Below, one piece after another: positions 50,101 through 62,255 of a stretch of DNA of 64,000 nt. Within the stretch, counting starts at the first letter, position 1, and each line of letters begins with the position of its first letter. The stretch is from Nitrospirota bacterium (lineage in GTDB: Bacteria; Nitrospirota; UBA9217). Below the pieces are notes generated by a model that did not search any database, had not been told where the DNA came from, and saw nothing but the letters and a program-made list of their open reading frames with translations. The DNA is taken from contig CAVVOB010000038.1 of assembly GCA_963749655.1 (NCBI GenBank), positions 32,001 through 96,000 of the forward strand, given 5' to 3'. The position numbers and the translations under genes were made by a program.

Positions 50101-52471
50101 TCATTTGTCCTTGAAGTAATCGGGGTACATCTTCCGAGCGCAGTCCGCGCACAGGCCGTGGCTGAACTGGGCGTCCGTATGGTCGTGGATGTAGGTTTCC
50201 AGCTGGTGCCATGCGCCTTTATCGTCGCGGATCTTCTTGCAGCTCGAGCAGATCGGCAGGATGCCATGCAGGGTTTTGATCTCGGCGATTGCCTTCTGCA
50301 GTTCAGCGATCAGCCTTTCGCGTTCTTCTTCGGCGTGTTTGCGCTCGGTGACGTCATAGCCGACGACAGCCAACGCGACGACGCTCCCTCCCGTGTCGAA
50401 TACCGGATAGAGCGCATTATCGATTATCCTGCCCATTCTCTCATCCTCGAATCGCGCCGGTTTCCCTGTGGCGATCACCTCGGTGACATGCTGTCTTCGT
50501 CTCAATCCGACCGGAGGGGGAAGAAGTTCCTCCATGGTCGACCCGACAAGTAGCCGCGGCTTTTTCCCGAGCCGTTTCGCTACCGTCTCGTTTGCCGCGA
50601 GGATCACTCCGTTCCTGTCCATGAGGAAAGCCGATTCGTCGATGGCATTCATGAACGTGCGCAGGAGGCTTGACGTTTCGATGAGTTCCTGCTCCGCCCG
50701 TTTGCGTTCGGTAATGTCAGCATGCGTGCCGGCCATGCGCAGCGGTTTGCCGTCGGCGGTCCATTCAGCGACCCTGCCCCGGTCATGGACCCATACCCAG
50801 CTTCCGTTCTTGTGTTTCATGCGGCATTCGAAGTCGTAAAGCCCCGTCTCCCCGCGAAAATGCCGCTGCAGCAGCTCGTCCGACAGGCGCAGATCATCGG
50901 GATGGCACAGTGCGATCCAGGTCTTGATGCTTGTTGGCGCGAGCTCATCGAGCGTGTATCCGACGATCCCGGCCCAGCGGTCGTTGAACACGGTCTCACC
51001 GGTCTGAACGTTCCAGTCCCAGAGGCCGATGCCGGTGCCCTGAATGACCAGATTGAGCCGCTTCTCACTCTCGCGAAGCTTTTCCTCCATTCTCTTGCGT
51101 TCGGTAATATCGCGGGATATGCCGTTGACTGCTACGGGCTTGTTCTCATCGAAGATATAGGTGGTGGAAACCTCGGTCCAGACCGTTGTCCCGTCCTTCC
51201 TTGGCTGCTCGACGCGCTGCAGTTCCATTTTTTTGTTTGATTTTCCCTCGGTAAAGCCCGCCAGCGCATTGGCGATCCACTGTTCGACGTTTTGCCGGGA
51301 CTCCGGCGTCAGGCTCGCTGAGACCGGCTGGGCCATCACTTCCTCGGGGGTATAGCCGCGCAATTGATACACCGAGGGGCTTACGTAGGTGAACCGGTTC
51401 GTCCGAAGGTCCAGTTGCCAGAAAACGTCGGTTGTGTTCTCGGCAAGAAGGCGGTAGCGCTCTTCGCTCTCCCTCAGCGCCCGCTGCGACGCCGAGGTTT
51501 CTTCGTCGGCGCGACGGACGCGGGCCTGATGGTATCGAAGCGATATGATCGTGGCCAGGACGATGAGAATGTAGACGACGCCATGAGTCATGGCTTCGGT
51601 GCGCCATTCCGCAAAGACGGCGCGAAGATCGCGGCCTATGGCCACGACAAGGGGCTTGTCCATGCCCGCGCCGGCGGGCTGGATCGATCGAATCGCCATG
51701 AGACGTTCTTCGCCGGTGGCGTAAACCGTGCCGGACATGATGGTTTCATTTCTGCCGCTCTCCCGGTGGCGGCTGAAGAACGATCCGGGCTGGGCGAGGT
51801 TCTTGCCTGCCTGGCCTTCTCGGTCCGGAACCATGAGAAACTGGATCCCGTCGCCGTGTGCGACGGCGGCCCACATGTCCGGAGCGTACTGCACAGAGGC
51901 AAGCAGCGTCTTGAAATAGTCGCGGTCAAGCGTTGCGACGACGATGCCGTCGAACCCGTTGCCGGCGTCCGGGACCATGCAGGACAGGTTCATCGCATAG
52001 GAGTTCAGGACGGTCGTGTAGGGAGGAGAGAGGTAGAGCGTGGACTGGTCGGGATGATGGAGCGCGGTCTGGAAGTATTCGCGCTGGCTCAGATCCCGGC
52101 CGATCAGCTCCTCGCGGCTCGACGCCCGGGCGATGCCGCGGGAGTCGGTAATGAGCAGGGTACGCACCCCCGGCATGGCCGCCTCTATGGTCTTCAGCAT
52201 CGTGTTGGCCAGCGGGCCGGTAAGCGTTTCCGTGCCGCCACGAAGGAAGATCGATCAGGATCCGGTGCAGGGCCCGATGGGTGGCGAGCAGCTGGCGGTT
52301 CAGGTTCTCGTCGATCACCCGCGCCTGGACGAGCAGGCGGTCATATTCAACAGCCTCAGCCGTGCTCCTTTCCTGGTAGAGGTCGCGTGCGATCGCCGCG
52401 CCAAGGGCAAGGAGAATGCCGATTGTCGCGAGCCACTGTCTGAGAAATTTCCGGTCTGTTTGCACGCTCAT
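50101..52471 (-). CDS. Cache-PAS3 membrane sensor with C-terminal Cys/His-cluster tail (frameshift ~52215)
   Basis: TM, Cache (DLSQREYF), TM, three PAS; tail LHGILPICSSCKKIRDD...FSHGLCADC. Confidence 0.82.
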
Positions 52472-52593
52472 CGATCTACCGACGAATGTTCAACCTGTTT
52501 TGAGCACCCATCGCCCTGAAACCTGTCAAGCTTAAACAGAAGGCGGGATCGCCGACGGCGTGGCGGCTCGTTTCAGCCATCGCCCGCGGTACA

Positions 52594-53827
52594 TCACTTC
52601 GTCACCACCACGATCCCCGAATCGGTGACCGTGCAGCCGCGCATCCGGTCCTCCTCGGGTCGAAGCCGATCTCCATGCCTTCGGGGATATGGAGGTTCTC
52701 GTCGATGATGGCGTTCCTGATGCGCGCGCCGCGGCCGATCTGCACGTTCTCGAAGAGGATCGAGTCTTCGACCAGGGCGTAGCTGTGCACCTTGCACGAC
52801 GGTCCCAGGATCGAGTGCCGGACCGTGGCGCCGCTGGTGATGCATCCGCCGCAGACCATGGAGTCCAGGTTCTGGCCCCGCCGGCCCTCGTCGTCGAACA
52901 CGGTCTTGGCCGGCGGGAGGTTCCCCTGGTTCGTCAGGATGGGCCAGCTGTAGTTGTAGAGGTTCAGCTGGGGGCTGACGCTGATGAGGTCCATGTTCGC
53001 CTCGTAGTAGGAGTCGATGGTCCCCACGTCCTTCCAGTAGCCGCGCTCGTTCGGGGTCCATGCCGGGACATGTTGTTGTCGAAGAAGCTGTAGGCAAGAC
53101 CTTGTCCCCCTGTTCCAGCATCATGGGGATCACGTGCTTTCCGAAATCGAGGTCGTCGTATTTGCGCTTGCCCTTCCTCAGGACCTCGATCAGCTTTTTC
53201 GTGGAGAAGATATAGTTGCCCATGGACGCGAAGCAGGTCGTCCGGCCGGGCACGGGGAAGGGGTGCTTCGGCTTTTCCAGGAACGACGTGACCCGCAGGT
53301 CCTCGTCCACGCACAGGACGCCGAACCGCTCGGCCTCTTCGCAGGACACCTCGAGGGCGGCGATGGTGATGTCCGCCTTGTTCATGCGGTGGTAGTCCAT
53401 CATCTGGGAGATGTCCATCTTGTAGATGTGGTCCCCGCCGAAGATGACCACGTATTCGGCGCCCGACGACTCGATGAAGCGGAGGTTCTGATAGATCGCA
53501 TCGGCCGTGCCCGTGTACCACTGCTCGCCCATGTTGGTCGTTTCCGGGGAGATGGTGTCGTAGAATTCGCCGAGGCCCGATCCATTTGCCCCAGGATTCC
53601 TTGATGTGCTTGTTGAGCGAATAGGCCTGGTACTGGGTCAGGATGTAGGTCTTCCGGATGCCGGAGTTGAAGAGGTTGGAGAGGACGAAGTCGATGATCT
53701 TGTACTTGCCGCCGAAGGGGACCGCCGGCTTGGGCCTGCCGATGGTGATGGGGCTGAGCCGCTCGCCCTTGCCGCCGGCCAGCACCATGGCGATGGTGTT
53801 GCGGGTGATATTGCCGAGAACATGCAT
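52594..53827 (-). CDS. glgC: Glucose-1-phosphate adenylyltransferase (several frameshifts)
   Basis: [10 protein letters not shown]; [10 protein letters not shown]; WYTGTADA; GGDHIYKMD; FLEKP; ASMGNY; DFGKHVIP. Confidence 0.93.
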
Positions 53828-53972
53828 GATGAGAAAGGACCTCCTTGGATCGTGCGAAGGACGCAGGATGCGGACGGATCGGGAATGCGGGCGGAGCTCG
53901 TACTGTTTTATTGTAGCAGAAAAATGCGGCGGGCCGGGGTGAAAATTTGCATCCCCGGCCGGTAAAAAGGCG

Positions 53973-56900
53973 CTAAGCCCCTCTGTCCAGAACGTGCCGG
54001 ATCTTTTTCAGGAGGTCCGACGGGCCGACCGGTTTCGCGATGAACTCCGTCCCTGCCTCGAAAACCCCTTTCCGCCGGATCACATCCTGGGGATGTCCGC
54101 TGGTAAAGAGAACGGGTACGCCGGGCCTGATCGCGCGGGCCGCGCTGCAGACCTCCCGGCCGCTCTTCCGGGGCAGGATGACGTCCAGGATCATCAGGTC
54201 GACTGCCGCCGCATTTTCCGTGAAGCGGTCGATGGCATCCTGTCCGTCGGCTGCGTCGATGACGCGGTACCCATAATCCTGCAACACGGTCATCATCAGA
54301 TTCCGGACCTCCTTGTCGTCTTCCGCGAGGAGAAGGGTCTCTTTGCCGCCCTGAGGAGCCGCTTCCGGGGGCGACGGGTCTTTCCAAACAGGCAGGGCGA
54401 CAAGAGGCAGGTGGACCCTGAAGGTCGCTCCTTTTCCCGGTTCGCTGGAGACGGTGATGATGCCGTTATGCTGCCTGACAATCCCGTAGACAATGGCCAG
54501 GCCCAGTCCTGTGCCTTTGCCGGGTTCCTTGGTCGTAAAGAAAGGCTCGAATATCTTTTCCCGGGTCCTTTCGTCCATGCCCGATCCGGTATCCGATACG
54601 GAGAGCACGGCGAAACGGCCGGCCTCGCTGTTTCCGTGAAGACCCTTGAATTCCTCGTCGGGATCCGCGGCAGCGGTCGAGATCTTCAGCCTGCCGCCTT
54701 CGGGCATGGCGTCTCGCGCATTGGTTGCGAGGTTCAACAGGACCTGCTCCATCTGGCCCGTATCGGCCATGACGATCAGCGCTTCCTGCGACAGCCGGGA
54801 GGTTAGTTCGATGTCTTCGCCGATAAGCCGCGCGAGCAGTTTTTCCACATTCGCGACGATCGTGTTCAGGTCGATCGGCTTCGGGTTGATGACCTGGTTC
54901 CTGCTGAAGGTCAGCAGGCTTTGGGTCAGCCGGGCCGCCCGCTCCGATGATGTCAGGATGGGATCGACCTGTCTTCGCAAGGGGTCGTCCTGCTTAGTCC
55001 GCATCTTGAGGATGTTGGCATAGCCGATAATGGCCGTCAGGATATTGTTGAAGTCATGGGCGATCCCTCCGGCCAGGGCGCCGACAGCCTCCATTTTCTG
55101 TGCCTGACGCAGCTGTTCCTCCAGTTTTCTCTTTTCCGTTATATCGCTTATGGTTTCTATTGCCGAAACGACGCGCCCCGAAGCGTCAGTGACGGGGTAG
55201 GATTTGAGTTCAACGTACTGTTTTGCGCCGGAGGCTTCCAGGTGCGTATGGGTGGTGCTGTGCATCGTTCCGGTCTCGAAGGTCCGCTTGACGACGCATT
55301 CCTCGCCCGATTCGGAGCAGGGCTTCGCGATATGGTGTGAAACCTCATAGCAGAACCGGCCGACGGGATTTGCATCAGGTGACCTGACAAGACGGCCGAA
55401 TGCCCTGTTCGCCGACAGGATCCGGTACTCCCGGTCCACAACGATGAAGCCTTCGTCGACCGATTCGAGGATGTTCTTGATGAAGGCCTGGCTGCCTCTC
55501 AGGGCGTCTTCCGCCTCCTTGCGCTCGGTGATGTTCTGGGCCGTGCCGCGCAGGCCCCGGATCGCTCCGTTCGCGTCGCGCTTTGCCTCCCCCCGCGCGA
55601 CGATCCATCGGGTCGCTTCGGTCGGCTGAGCCAGCTCAAGGTCCAGTTCGTACGGTTCCCCGGTCGCCATGGTCCGTTTCACCGCATCGTCGAGCCGTGC
55701 CGCGCTTTCCGGCGCATAGGCCTTGAGATGTTCGGCGTAGTTGGGCGTCGGCTTCTCCGGATCGATGCCGTAGATGCAATAATACTCGTCAGACCACCAG
55801 ATCGTGTCGTTGATCGCGTCCCAGTCCCAGCTGCCGATATGAGCCAGCCGCTGGGATTCGTTCAGATCGGCCTCCCGTTTGCTCAGCAGGTCTTCGGCGC
55901 GCTTGCGTTCCGTAATATCGCGGCTGACGACGATGACCTTGTCCGCCCCGTAGACACCCATCTTTGCTTCATAAAACCGGATGTCCGGCGGCATGGGTAC
56001 GGAATACCGGAACGTGATCGATTGGCCGGCTGCCAGGACCTCGCTGATATGGCTTGTTATCTCCTCCGCCAGGGCAGGATCAAAAAAATCTCGAATGTTG
56101 CCCCCAATGATCTTTTCCGACGCTGCGGCCAGATCGGATGGCGATACGGCATGATAATCGCTGAAGGTGCCGTCCCGGGTCATCACGAAAAGAAGATCGG
56201 GAATGGTTTCAATAATCTGTTTGCGCCGGCTTTCGGCACGAACCTGTTCCGTCACATCCTCCACCGTGCAGATCATTCCATCATATCGCCCCTCGTGCGT
56301 CCGCGGGATCAGCCATCCGGACAGATAGCGCTCGATGCCGCCGGGCGTCATAACGCGGAGGCTGTCGTAGCGCACCGGCTGCATCGCCTCCTTTGCCCTG
56401 AGATAGACGGGGAGAAAGGCCTCGCGGGTCGGCTCCGGGCTGTTCCGGAGGACCGGTGCCCCGATGATCTGTCTCGGCTCCAGTCCGGCCATGGCGCCTG
56501 CGGCGCGGTTGGCGTAAAAAACGACGTCCTCCCGGTCCGCGACCCATACGCCGGTCACGATGCTTTCGGCGATGTTCTCGAAGAAATCGCGGAGCCGTCT
56601 GTTCTCCCCGTCGGTCCGCTTGCGCGCGGTAATGTCGTGACCCACGCCACGGTAGCCGCGCAGGTTCCCTTGGCTGTCGAAGAACGGCACACCGCTGCTT
56701 TCGAGCACGACCTCGCGCCCCTGCTTGTGGCGGTTTACGGTTTCAAGGAACGAGAAGGGCAGACGGGCTTCGAACGCCGCCTTCATCTCAGCCGTGTGCT
56801 CCCTGTCCCCGGGCACGATCAGATCGAAGAGGGGCTTTCCCGCAACGTCTTGAGGGTCGTAGCCCAGGACGTCCCTGATCTTCGGGCTCGCATAGGAGAA

Positions 56901-57797
56901 CACGCCGTTCACGTCCGTTTCCCAGACGAAATCGTTCGTCGTCTCGATCAGGTTGCTGAAGCGCTCCCTGCTTTCCCGCACCGCCTCTTCGGTCCGCGCG
57001 CGCTCGATGACGTTCCGTTTGCTCCGGGAATATACGAAGCCGATGCCGCCGATCCCCGACAGCCAGAGCACGGCGTGGGTGGCAAGCATGTCCCGCTCGG
57101 CTTTGCGCTGTTCAGCCAGAAGGGGATCAAGCGGGAGCGTGATCCCGACGCCGCCCCTGATGTCTCCTTCCCGGTATCCCTGATGAGCATGGCATTTCAG
57201 GCAGGCCTGCTTCGTTACCATGGGACGCATAAGCCGCAGCCGCGTGCCGCTGTTTTCGGCGACGACTTCGGTGATCTCGGTGCTTCCGGTTTCAAAGGCC
57301 CGCAGGGCCCTTTCTTCCCATGCATCGGGCCGGTTGCCGGGGTTGAGCGGCAGGAGACTCGTGATGCGGCCCTGGATGCCGTAGTCCTGCTCGAAATCGT
57401 GCATCAGCTGGCGCAGCGCATAGGCAGGGTTCATCAAGGTCAGTTTTTTGCCTGACGGAAGGGTGATATCGCGGCCGGGAACATGGGAGAGATAGGGATT
57501 CGGGGGCGTGTCGGTCGTAACGGGCACGTAGAGGCCGCCGTGTTTCGCCGCCCAGAAGCGGAAGGCCTGGTCCTTGTTGAAGGTCGCGAGCGCCTCCTGC
57601 CGCGCAAGGGCCAGGGTCTGGGTCCTCTCATCGTGGATGTTCCAGGCAAGGGACCCTCCGACCACCAGGGTCCAGAGCGCCATCATTGACAGCGTGAAGT
57701 GGTACATCGCCGTGAGCTTAACACCGGCCCGGGGAAGGCTCGTCATCGACCCTATGCTCCCTTTCGCGACGGGGCGCGGGTGCAGAAAGTTGTCCAC
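53973..57797 (-). CDS. Hybrid histidine kinase with periplasmic heme-c (DUF3365-like) sensor and multiple PAS
   Basis: HGGLYVP..PNPYL...LMNPAY; CLKCH; AHDFNNILT; C-terminal receiver. Exact start uncertain. Confidence 0.92.
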   Translation of the reverse strand: MDNFLHPRPVAKGSIGSMTSLPRAGVKLTAMYHFTLSMMALWTLVVGGSLAWNIHDERTQTLALARQEALATFNKDQAFRFWAAKHGGLYVPVTTDTPPNPYLSHVPGRDITLPSGKKLTLMNPAYALRQLMHDFEQDYGIQGRITSLLPLNPGNRPDAWEERALRAFETGSTEITEVVAENSGTRLRLMRPMVTKQACLKCHAHQGYREGDIRGGVGITLPLDPLLAEQRKAERDMLATHAVLWLSGIGGIGFVYSRSKRNVIERARTEEAVRESRERFSNLIETTNDFVWETDVNGVFSYASPKIRDVLGYDPQDVAGKPLFDLIVPGDREHTAEMKAAFEARLPFSFLETVNRHKQGREVVLESSGVPFFDSQGNLRGYRGVGHDITARKRTDGENRRLRDFFENIAESIVTGVWVADREDVVFYANRAAGAMAGLEPRQIIGAPVLRNSPEPTREAFLPVYLRAKEAMQPVRYDSLRVMTPGGIERYLSGWLIPRTHEGRYDGMICTVEDVTEQVRAESRRKQIIETIPDLLFVMTRDGTFSDYHAVSPSDLAAASEKIIGGNIRDFFDPALAEEITSHISEVLAAGQSITFRYSVPMPPDIRFYEAKMGVYGADKVIVVSRDITERKRAEDLLSKREADLNESQRLAHIGSWDWDAINDTIWWSDEYYCIYGIDPEKPTPNYAEHLKAYAPESAARLDDAVKRTMATGEPYELDLELAQPTEATRWIVARGEAKRDANGAIRGLRGTAQNITERKEAEDALRGSQAFIKNILESVDEGFIVVDREYRILSANRAFGRLVRSPDANPVGRFCYEVSHHIAKPCSESGEECVVKRTFETGTMHSTTHTHLEASGAKQYVELKSYPVTDASGRVVSAIETISDITEKRKLEEQLRQAQKMEAVGALAGGIAHDFNNILTAIIGYANILKMRTKQDDPLRRQVDPILTSSERAARLTQSLLTFSRNQVINPKPIDLNTIVANVEKLLARLIGEDIELTSRLSQEALIVMADTGQMEQVLLNLATNARDAMPEGGRLKISTAAADPDEEFKGLHGNSEAGRFAVLSVSDTGSGMDERTREKIFEPFFTTKEPGKGTGLGLAIVYGIVRQHNGIITVSSEPGKGATFRVHLPLVALPVWKDPSPPEAAPQGGKETLLLAEDDKEVRNLMMTVLQDYGYRVIDAADGQDAIDRFTENAAAVDLMILDVILPRKSGREVCSAARAIRPGVPVLFTSGHPQDVIRRKGVFEAGTEFIAKPVGPSDLLKKIRHVLDRGA

Positions 57798-57943
57798 AAT
57801 CGCTCCGCGCCCCTATTATTCCATAAGCATAGCAGATTTACCTTCCCCGGACAGGAGGGGAAACTATCCCGCAGGGGGCTCCCCTTGACAGAGCTCTCCT
57901 TATTGTGTTATTCATATCACGCTTGCCCGCGACACGAGGATCA

Positions 57944-59416
57944 ATGGCCCCCCTCATCACAAAAAAACAGGTACTTTTGCCGCTCCCGTCGGACAACGAC
58001 CGCCGCGCTCACGATCAGCGGCTGCGGGACGCGCTCGGACTCGGGCCGATCGACATTCCGCTCGCCGTTCTCAAACGGCTTCCGGCGGCCGTCGGTGCAG
58101 GCACGCCCTTTTCCTGCATCATCGGAAGAACCGGCGACAGTCACAAGCTCATCGACCTAGGGCAGGAGCACTCCTTTTCCGTCGCCCTTGACCTCGGCAC
58201 GACCAATCTCGTCGCCCTGCTCTACGATAACATCGCCCAGCAGGCGGTTTTGACCAGGAGCCTCGAAAATCCGCAGATCATGTACGGAAGCGACATCATG
58301 ACGCGCATGCACCACACCATGGCGGGCAACGGCGAGGAGGTTTACCGCGTGCTCGTGAACGGGATCGACGATCTCATCACTGACCTTTGCCGGGAAGCGC
58401 GGATCAATACCCAGGAGATCCATGCCCTGTCCGTGGCAGGCAACACGGTCATGACCCATTATTTCCTGGGGCTCGACATCAGCACGATCCCGGTCGAGCC
58501 GTTCCTTCCCGTGGTCAGGGCGCCGGGATTCCTGACGGCAGCGGAGCTGTCGGTCCATATCTGTCCCGAGGCCGTCGTCTACGTGTTTCCGAACGCGGGC
58601 AGCTACGTGGGAGGCGATATCACCGCCGGCATCATGGCATCGGGCATGGCGCTGTCGGAACAGACCTCGATCCTGATCGATGTGGGCACGAACGCCGAGG
58701 TCGTGATCGGGAACCGGGACTGGCTGCTGGTGGGAGCGGGCGCTGCCGGACCGGCGCTCGAGGAGGGGATCACCCGGATCGGGAAGCGGGCGAAGAGGGG
58801 CGTTGTCTATGATGTCGTAATTCAGGACGGGAAGATATCGTGCAAGACCTTTGACGAGTGCAGGCCCGAAGGGATTTGCGGATCCGGCATGGTGAGCCTG
58901 CTCTATGAGCTGTACCGGGCGGGGATGATCGATAAAAGCGGTACGCTTCTTGACAATGAACACGTGACGTCGCTTGACGGGGAGAGGGCGTTCTCCATCG
59001 CCTGTGACTGCCACGAAGCCCTCTTGATCACCCAGAATGAGATCCAGAGCTTCATGAAATCAAAGGCAGCCATGTTCACGCTGCTGCTCACTCTCACGCG
59101 GTCCGTCGGCATCTCGTTCGGGGACATCAGGGCCGTTTACGTATCCGGCGCCCTCGGCACCGGCATCGACGCGAAGAAGGCGGTCGGTATCGGCATGCTG
59201 CCGGACTGGCCCCCGGAGATCGTAAAGCCCCTGGGCAACTCATCCCTTGAGGGCGCCCGCATGCTGCTTGCGGACGGCGGGCTTGCTGATGCGGTCAATG
59301 CCATTGCCGCGAAACTGACATATAAGCCCATGCAGGATGATCCCGAGTTCATGCAGGAATATCTCGGCGCGGTATTCATTCCTCACACCGATCCGGCGCT
59401 GCTCAAGGCGGATTAA
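57944..59416 (+). CDS. ASKHA-domain corrinoid reductive-activator-like protein (RACo/AcsV family)
   Basis: DLGTT; ENPQ..YGSDI; AGNTVM; YVGGDI; DVGTNAE; AAGPALE; GICGSG; GNSSLEGA. Confidence 0.88.
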   Translation: MAPLITKKQVLLPLPSDNDRRAHDQRLRDALGLGPIDIPLAVLKRLPAAVGAGTPFSCIIGRTGDSHKLIDLGQEHSFSVALDLGTTNLVALLYDNIAQQAVLTRSLENPQIMYGSDIMTRMHHTMAGNGEEVYRVLVNGIDDLITDLCREARINTQEIHALSVAGNTVMTHYFLGLDISTIPVEPFLPVVRAPGFLTAAELSVHICPEAVVYVFPNAGSYVGGDITAGIMASGMALSEQTSILIDVGTNAEVVIGNRDWLLVGAGAAGPALEEGITRIGKRAKRGVVYDVVIQDGKISCKTFDECRPEGICGSGMVSLLYELYRAGMIDKSGTLLDNEHVTSLDGERAFSIACDCHEALLITQNEIQSFMKSKAAMFTLLLTLTRSVGISFGDIRAVYVSGALGTGIDAKKAVGIGMLPDWPPEIVKPLGNSSLEGARMLLADGGLADAVNAIAAKLTYKPMQDDPEFMQEYLGAVFIPHTDPALLKAD

Positions 59417-59425
59417 GATAAAAGT

Positions 59426-59470
59426 CGGAATGAGTAAAATGCGGAGTGCGGAATTCGGAATGCGGAATGG
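59426..59470. repeat. Heptamer tandem repeat (AATGCGG-like)
   Basis: AATGCGG AGTGCGG AATTCGG AATGCGG, after the stop at 59416. Confidence 0.65.
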
Positions 59471-59611
59471 GATAAGTCAAGGAGCGGCGGGCAGGGAAGA
59501 TGAACGTGCGGCTTCAGATGCCGACGGTGAGCGGTCGGGTGTGCAAAGAAGAAGCGCGCTTCCGATTGAGAAGCGCGCCCGCCTCGTAACTTCATTTTTT
59601 TCATACTGTTT

Positions 59612-59902
59612 TCACACTGCCTGACGATGTCTGTCCCGCTCCTGGATGTAGGCCATCTTGCCTGCATCAATAGCTCCTTTGATCGCCGAGGCACTGTCTT
59701 CATAGAGGGCCTTGCCCTTGTCAACGGTTTCGGCGACCGTATCGCGTGTCTTTGAAGCCGCGTCACTGATGTCCCGTCGCAGTTCCTTGCCCGACTTCGG
59801 CGCCAAGAGCAGCGCTATTCCCGCTCCTACGATCCCGCCCACGAGAAAGGGCACGAGAACGGAGCGTTCCCTGCTGATGTTTTTTTCAAGTTCCTCGTTC
59901 AT
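59612..59902 (-). CDS. YtxH-domain protein
   Basis: FLVGGIVGAGIALLLAPKSGKELR. Confidence 0.88.
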   Translation of the reverse strand: MNEELEKNISRERSVLVPFLVGGIVGAGIALLLAPKSGKELRRDISDAASKTRDTVAETVDKGKALYEDSASAIKGAIDAGKMAYIQERDRHRQAV

Positions 59903-60296
59903 GATCCTCCCTCCTTCCTTGTTGAAAATTCGTCACGAGCGTTTCAATACCGGTCGTTATCCCCGCCTTTAATCCTGCCACGTTGGCCCCGGCCGTTGAT
60001 CCGATGCTCTCCTTCACCCGGCCGAGCAACTCCCCGATGGCTTTCTCCAGGCTTGCAACGGTATGGGAGATTTGTCGTACGTCCGTCGTTACATCTCTGA
60101 CATTGCCGCTGATCTTTCTCATGTTTTCAAGAGTGCCCCTCAGCTCGGACAAAGTCTCGTTCAGATTGCCCTCCATCTTCCCGAGGAACTCCCGCATGCT
60201 GTCGCTCGTCCGCTTCATGCTCATGATGTAGACAATATTGAAGGCCGCGTAGACAATGAAAACGACGAGCCCGATGCCCAGGATGATCTCAGTCAT
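59886..60296 (-). CDS. DUF948/YoxC-like membrane-anchored coiled-coil protein
   Basis: N-terminal TM followed by a helical region; directly upstream of ytxH-like gene. Confidence 0.7.
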   Translation of the reverse strand: MTEIILGIGLVVFIVYAAFNIVYIMSMKRTSDSMREFLGKMEGNLNETLSELRGTLENMRKISGNVRDVTTDVRQISHTVASLEKAIGELLGRVKESIGSTAGANVAGLKAGITTGIETLVTNFQQGRREDHERGT

Positions 60297-60516
60297 CGAA
60301 TCACGCTCCCTTTTCTTACGTTGATTAAAGTATATCACAGCACTACTGCGGGACGTTTTCCTTCAGTCGCCATGCAACCATAGTTGCAGCGGCAGGGTCT
60401 TCCCCTCACGCCGCGGCCCCGCCGCAGCGTGTTGAATTCCGGCAGCGGCTGTGGTATTGTGCGGGACGTTTTTTATATCAACAAAAGCCAATGCAGCGCG
60501 GTTGGAAAGGTCCGGC

Positions 60517-61164
60517 ATGAAAAAGGTACAGGCGAAGAAACCGTCCGCCCTGGCGCGGCGGGCGCATTTCCCGGAGGACGAAAAGCGGCTCCCCTGGCTG
60601 CCCCTTCTCCTTGACGCCTATGCCATCGCGGACACCGGCGTCGGAGTCGCGATCCGGGATGCCGAGAAGCGGCGGAAGGTGCGGCTGGCATGCGGGAAAG
60701 GATGCGGCAACTGCTGCGTGCACCAGCGGGACATTCCCCTTTACCCCCATGAGCTGGTCGGCATCTACTGGTACGCATCGGAAAAGCTGGCGCGCCCCGT
60801 GCAGGGCGAGGTGGCGGGCCGTCTTGCCTCCCATACGCCGGACGGACCCTGTCCGTTCCTTATTGAAGGCGCCTGCTCCATTCATCCCCTCAGGCCGCTG
60901 GGGTGCAGGCAGTTCAACGTTTTTTCCACGCCCTGTGCATCCGGTGAAGATCCCTACCATACCCGCAGAAACGATGTGCTCACGCCGATACCGGAGTACA
61001 CGGACCGGGTCTTTGCCGCAGTACTGCCTTTTTACAACCTGAAGCCCGGTGCGGACACGGCGGCGGCCGTCAGGCTCATCCGGTCGCAGATCATGAATCT
61101 GCAGACCTTCGACTGGGGAAAGCTCGTTGCCCTCATGGAGAAAACAGCATCGCCGGGCCCGTAA
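60517..61164 (+). CDS. YkgJ-family cysteine-cluster protein
   Basis: CGKGCGNCC; CPFL; CSIHPLRPLGCRQF. Confidence 0.85.
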   Translation: MKKVQAKKPSALARRAHFPEDEKRLPWLPLLLDAYAIADTGVGVAIRDAEKRRKVRLACGKGCGNCCVHQRDIPLYPHELVGIYWYASEKLARPVQGEVAGRLASHTPDGPCPFLIEGACSIHPLRPLGCRQFNVFSTPCASGEDPYHTRRNDVLTPIPEYTDRVFAAVLPFYNLKPGADTAAAVRLIRSQIMNLQTFDWGKLVALMEKTASPGP

Positions 61165-61288
61165 AGGCAGGGAGGAATATCATGCTGAACAATTTTTTTT
61201 GTTCATTACCATAAAAGTCATTTGACTTTTTTTTATAGAAATGGTACACATAGAGCAGTTTTGTCGCTGCATTTTTAGGGGGGGACCT

Positions 61289-62195
61289 ATGAAACCGGCC
61301 GTGCGGATCATCCTCACGCTCATAACGCTGTCGCTCTGTTTTTCCCAGCCCGCATTCCCGCAATCCACGCAGCAGCAAAAGAAAATCCTCATCGGCATTC
61401 TTCCTGAGATGAACGTCTTCAAGCAGAAGCAGCGGTTCAGGCTTCTGGGCGAATATCTTTCCCGGAAAACAGGCACGGAAATAAACTTCACGATCCTGAG
61501 CAGATACGGCAACATCATCGACCGTTTTACCTCGGAAAAAATGGACGGCGCCTTTTTCGGCTCCTTTACCGGGGCGCTGGCCATCCAGAAACTGGGAGTG
61601 GTTCCCCTCGCCCGTCCGGTGAATCTCGACAACACCTCGACCTATCAGGGCTATATTTTCGTACGGAAGGACAGCGGGATCACGGGGGCCAAGGACAGAT
61701 GAAGGGCAAGAGAATGGCCTTCGTGGAAAAGGCAACGACCGCAGGGTACCTCTTCCCGTTGTGCCTATCTGCGGGAAAAGGGGATTTCGGATGTCGAAGG
61801 TTTCTTCAGCGAATCCTACTTCGCCGGCAGCCACGACGCGGCGATCAATGCGGTCCTGAACCGGAACGCCGAAGTCGGCGCGGCAAAGCACAGCATCTAC
61901 GATCGTGTGCGGAAGGAAGACCCCAGGATCGACCGGGAGCTGATGATCCTCGCCGAATCTCCCCGGGTGCCGTCGAACGGCCTGTGCGTGCGGAAAGACC
62001 TGGACCGGTCGCTCCAGCAGAAGCTCAGGAGCGCCCTTCTTGACCTGCATACGGACCAGGAGGGCGCGGAGCGTGCTGCGGGAGTTCGGCGCCCTGAAGT
62101 TCATCGAAACCTCGGTCCAGGACTACCAGCCGGTGTTCGAAATGGCGCGCAAGGCCGGCATCGACATCAAATCCTATGCTTACCGAAATAAATAA
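61289..62195 (+). CDS. PhnD-like periplasmic substrate-binding protein (frameshifted)
   Basis: Signal peptide; IGILPE; DGAFFGSF; KATTAGYLFP; AGSHDAAI; VPSNG; ends KAGIDIKSYAYRNK*. Confidence 0.8.
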
Positions 62196-62255
62196 CCCTA
62201 TGAGGCCGGAGGCCGCCTGCCTGGCGCGGGCGCCGCACCGCAGGGGCGGTGACCT

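Noticed and set aside
57800-57900. Cobalamin riboswitch upstream of the corrinoid-activator-like gene
   Set aside because: GC-rich hairpins are present, but I could not find the conserved B12-box or core motifs, and the space is short.
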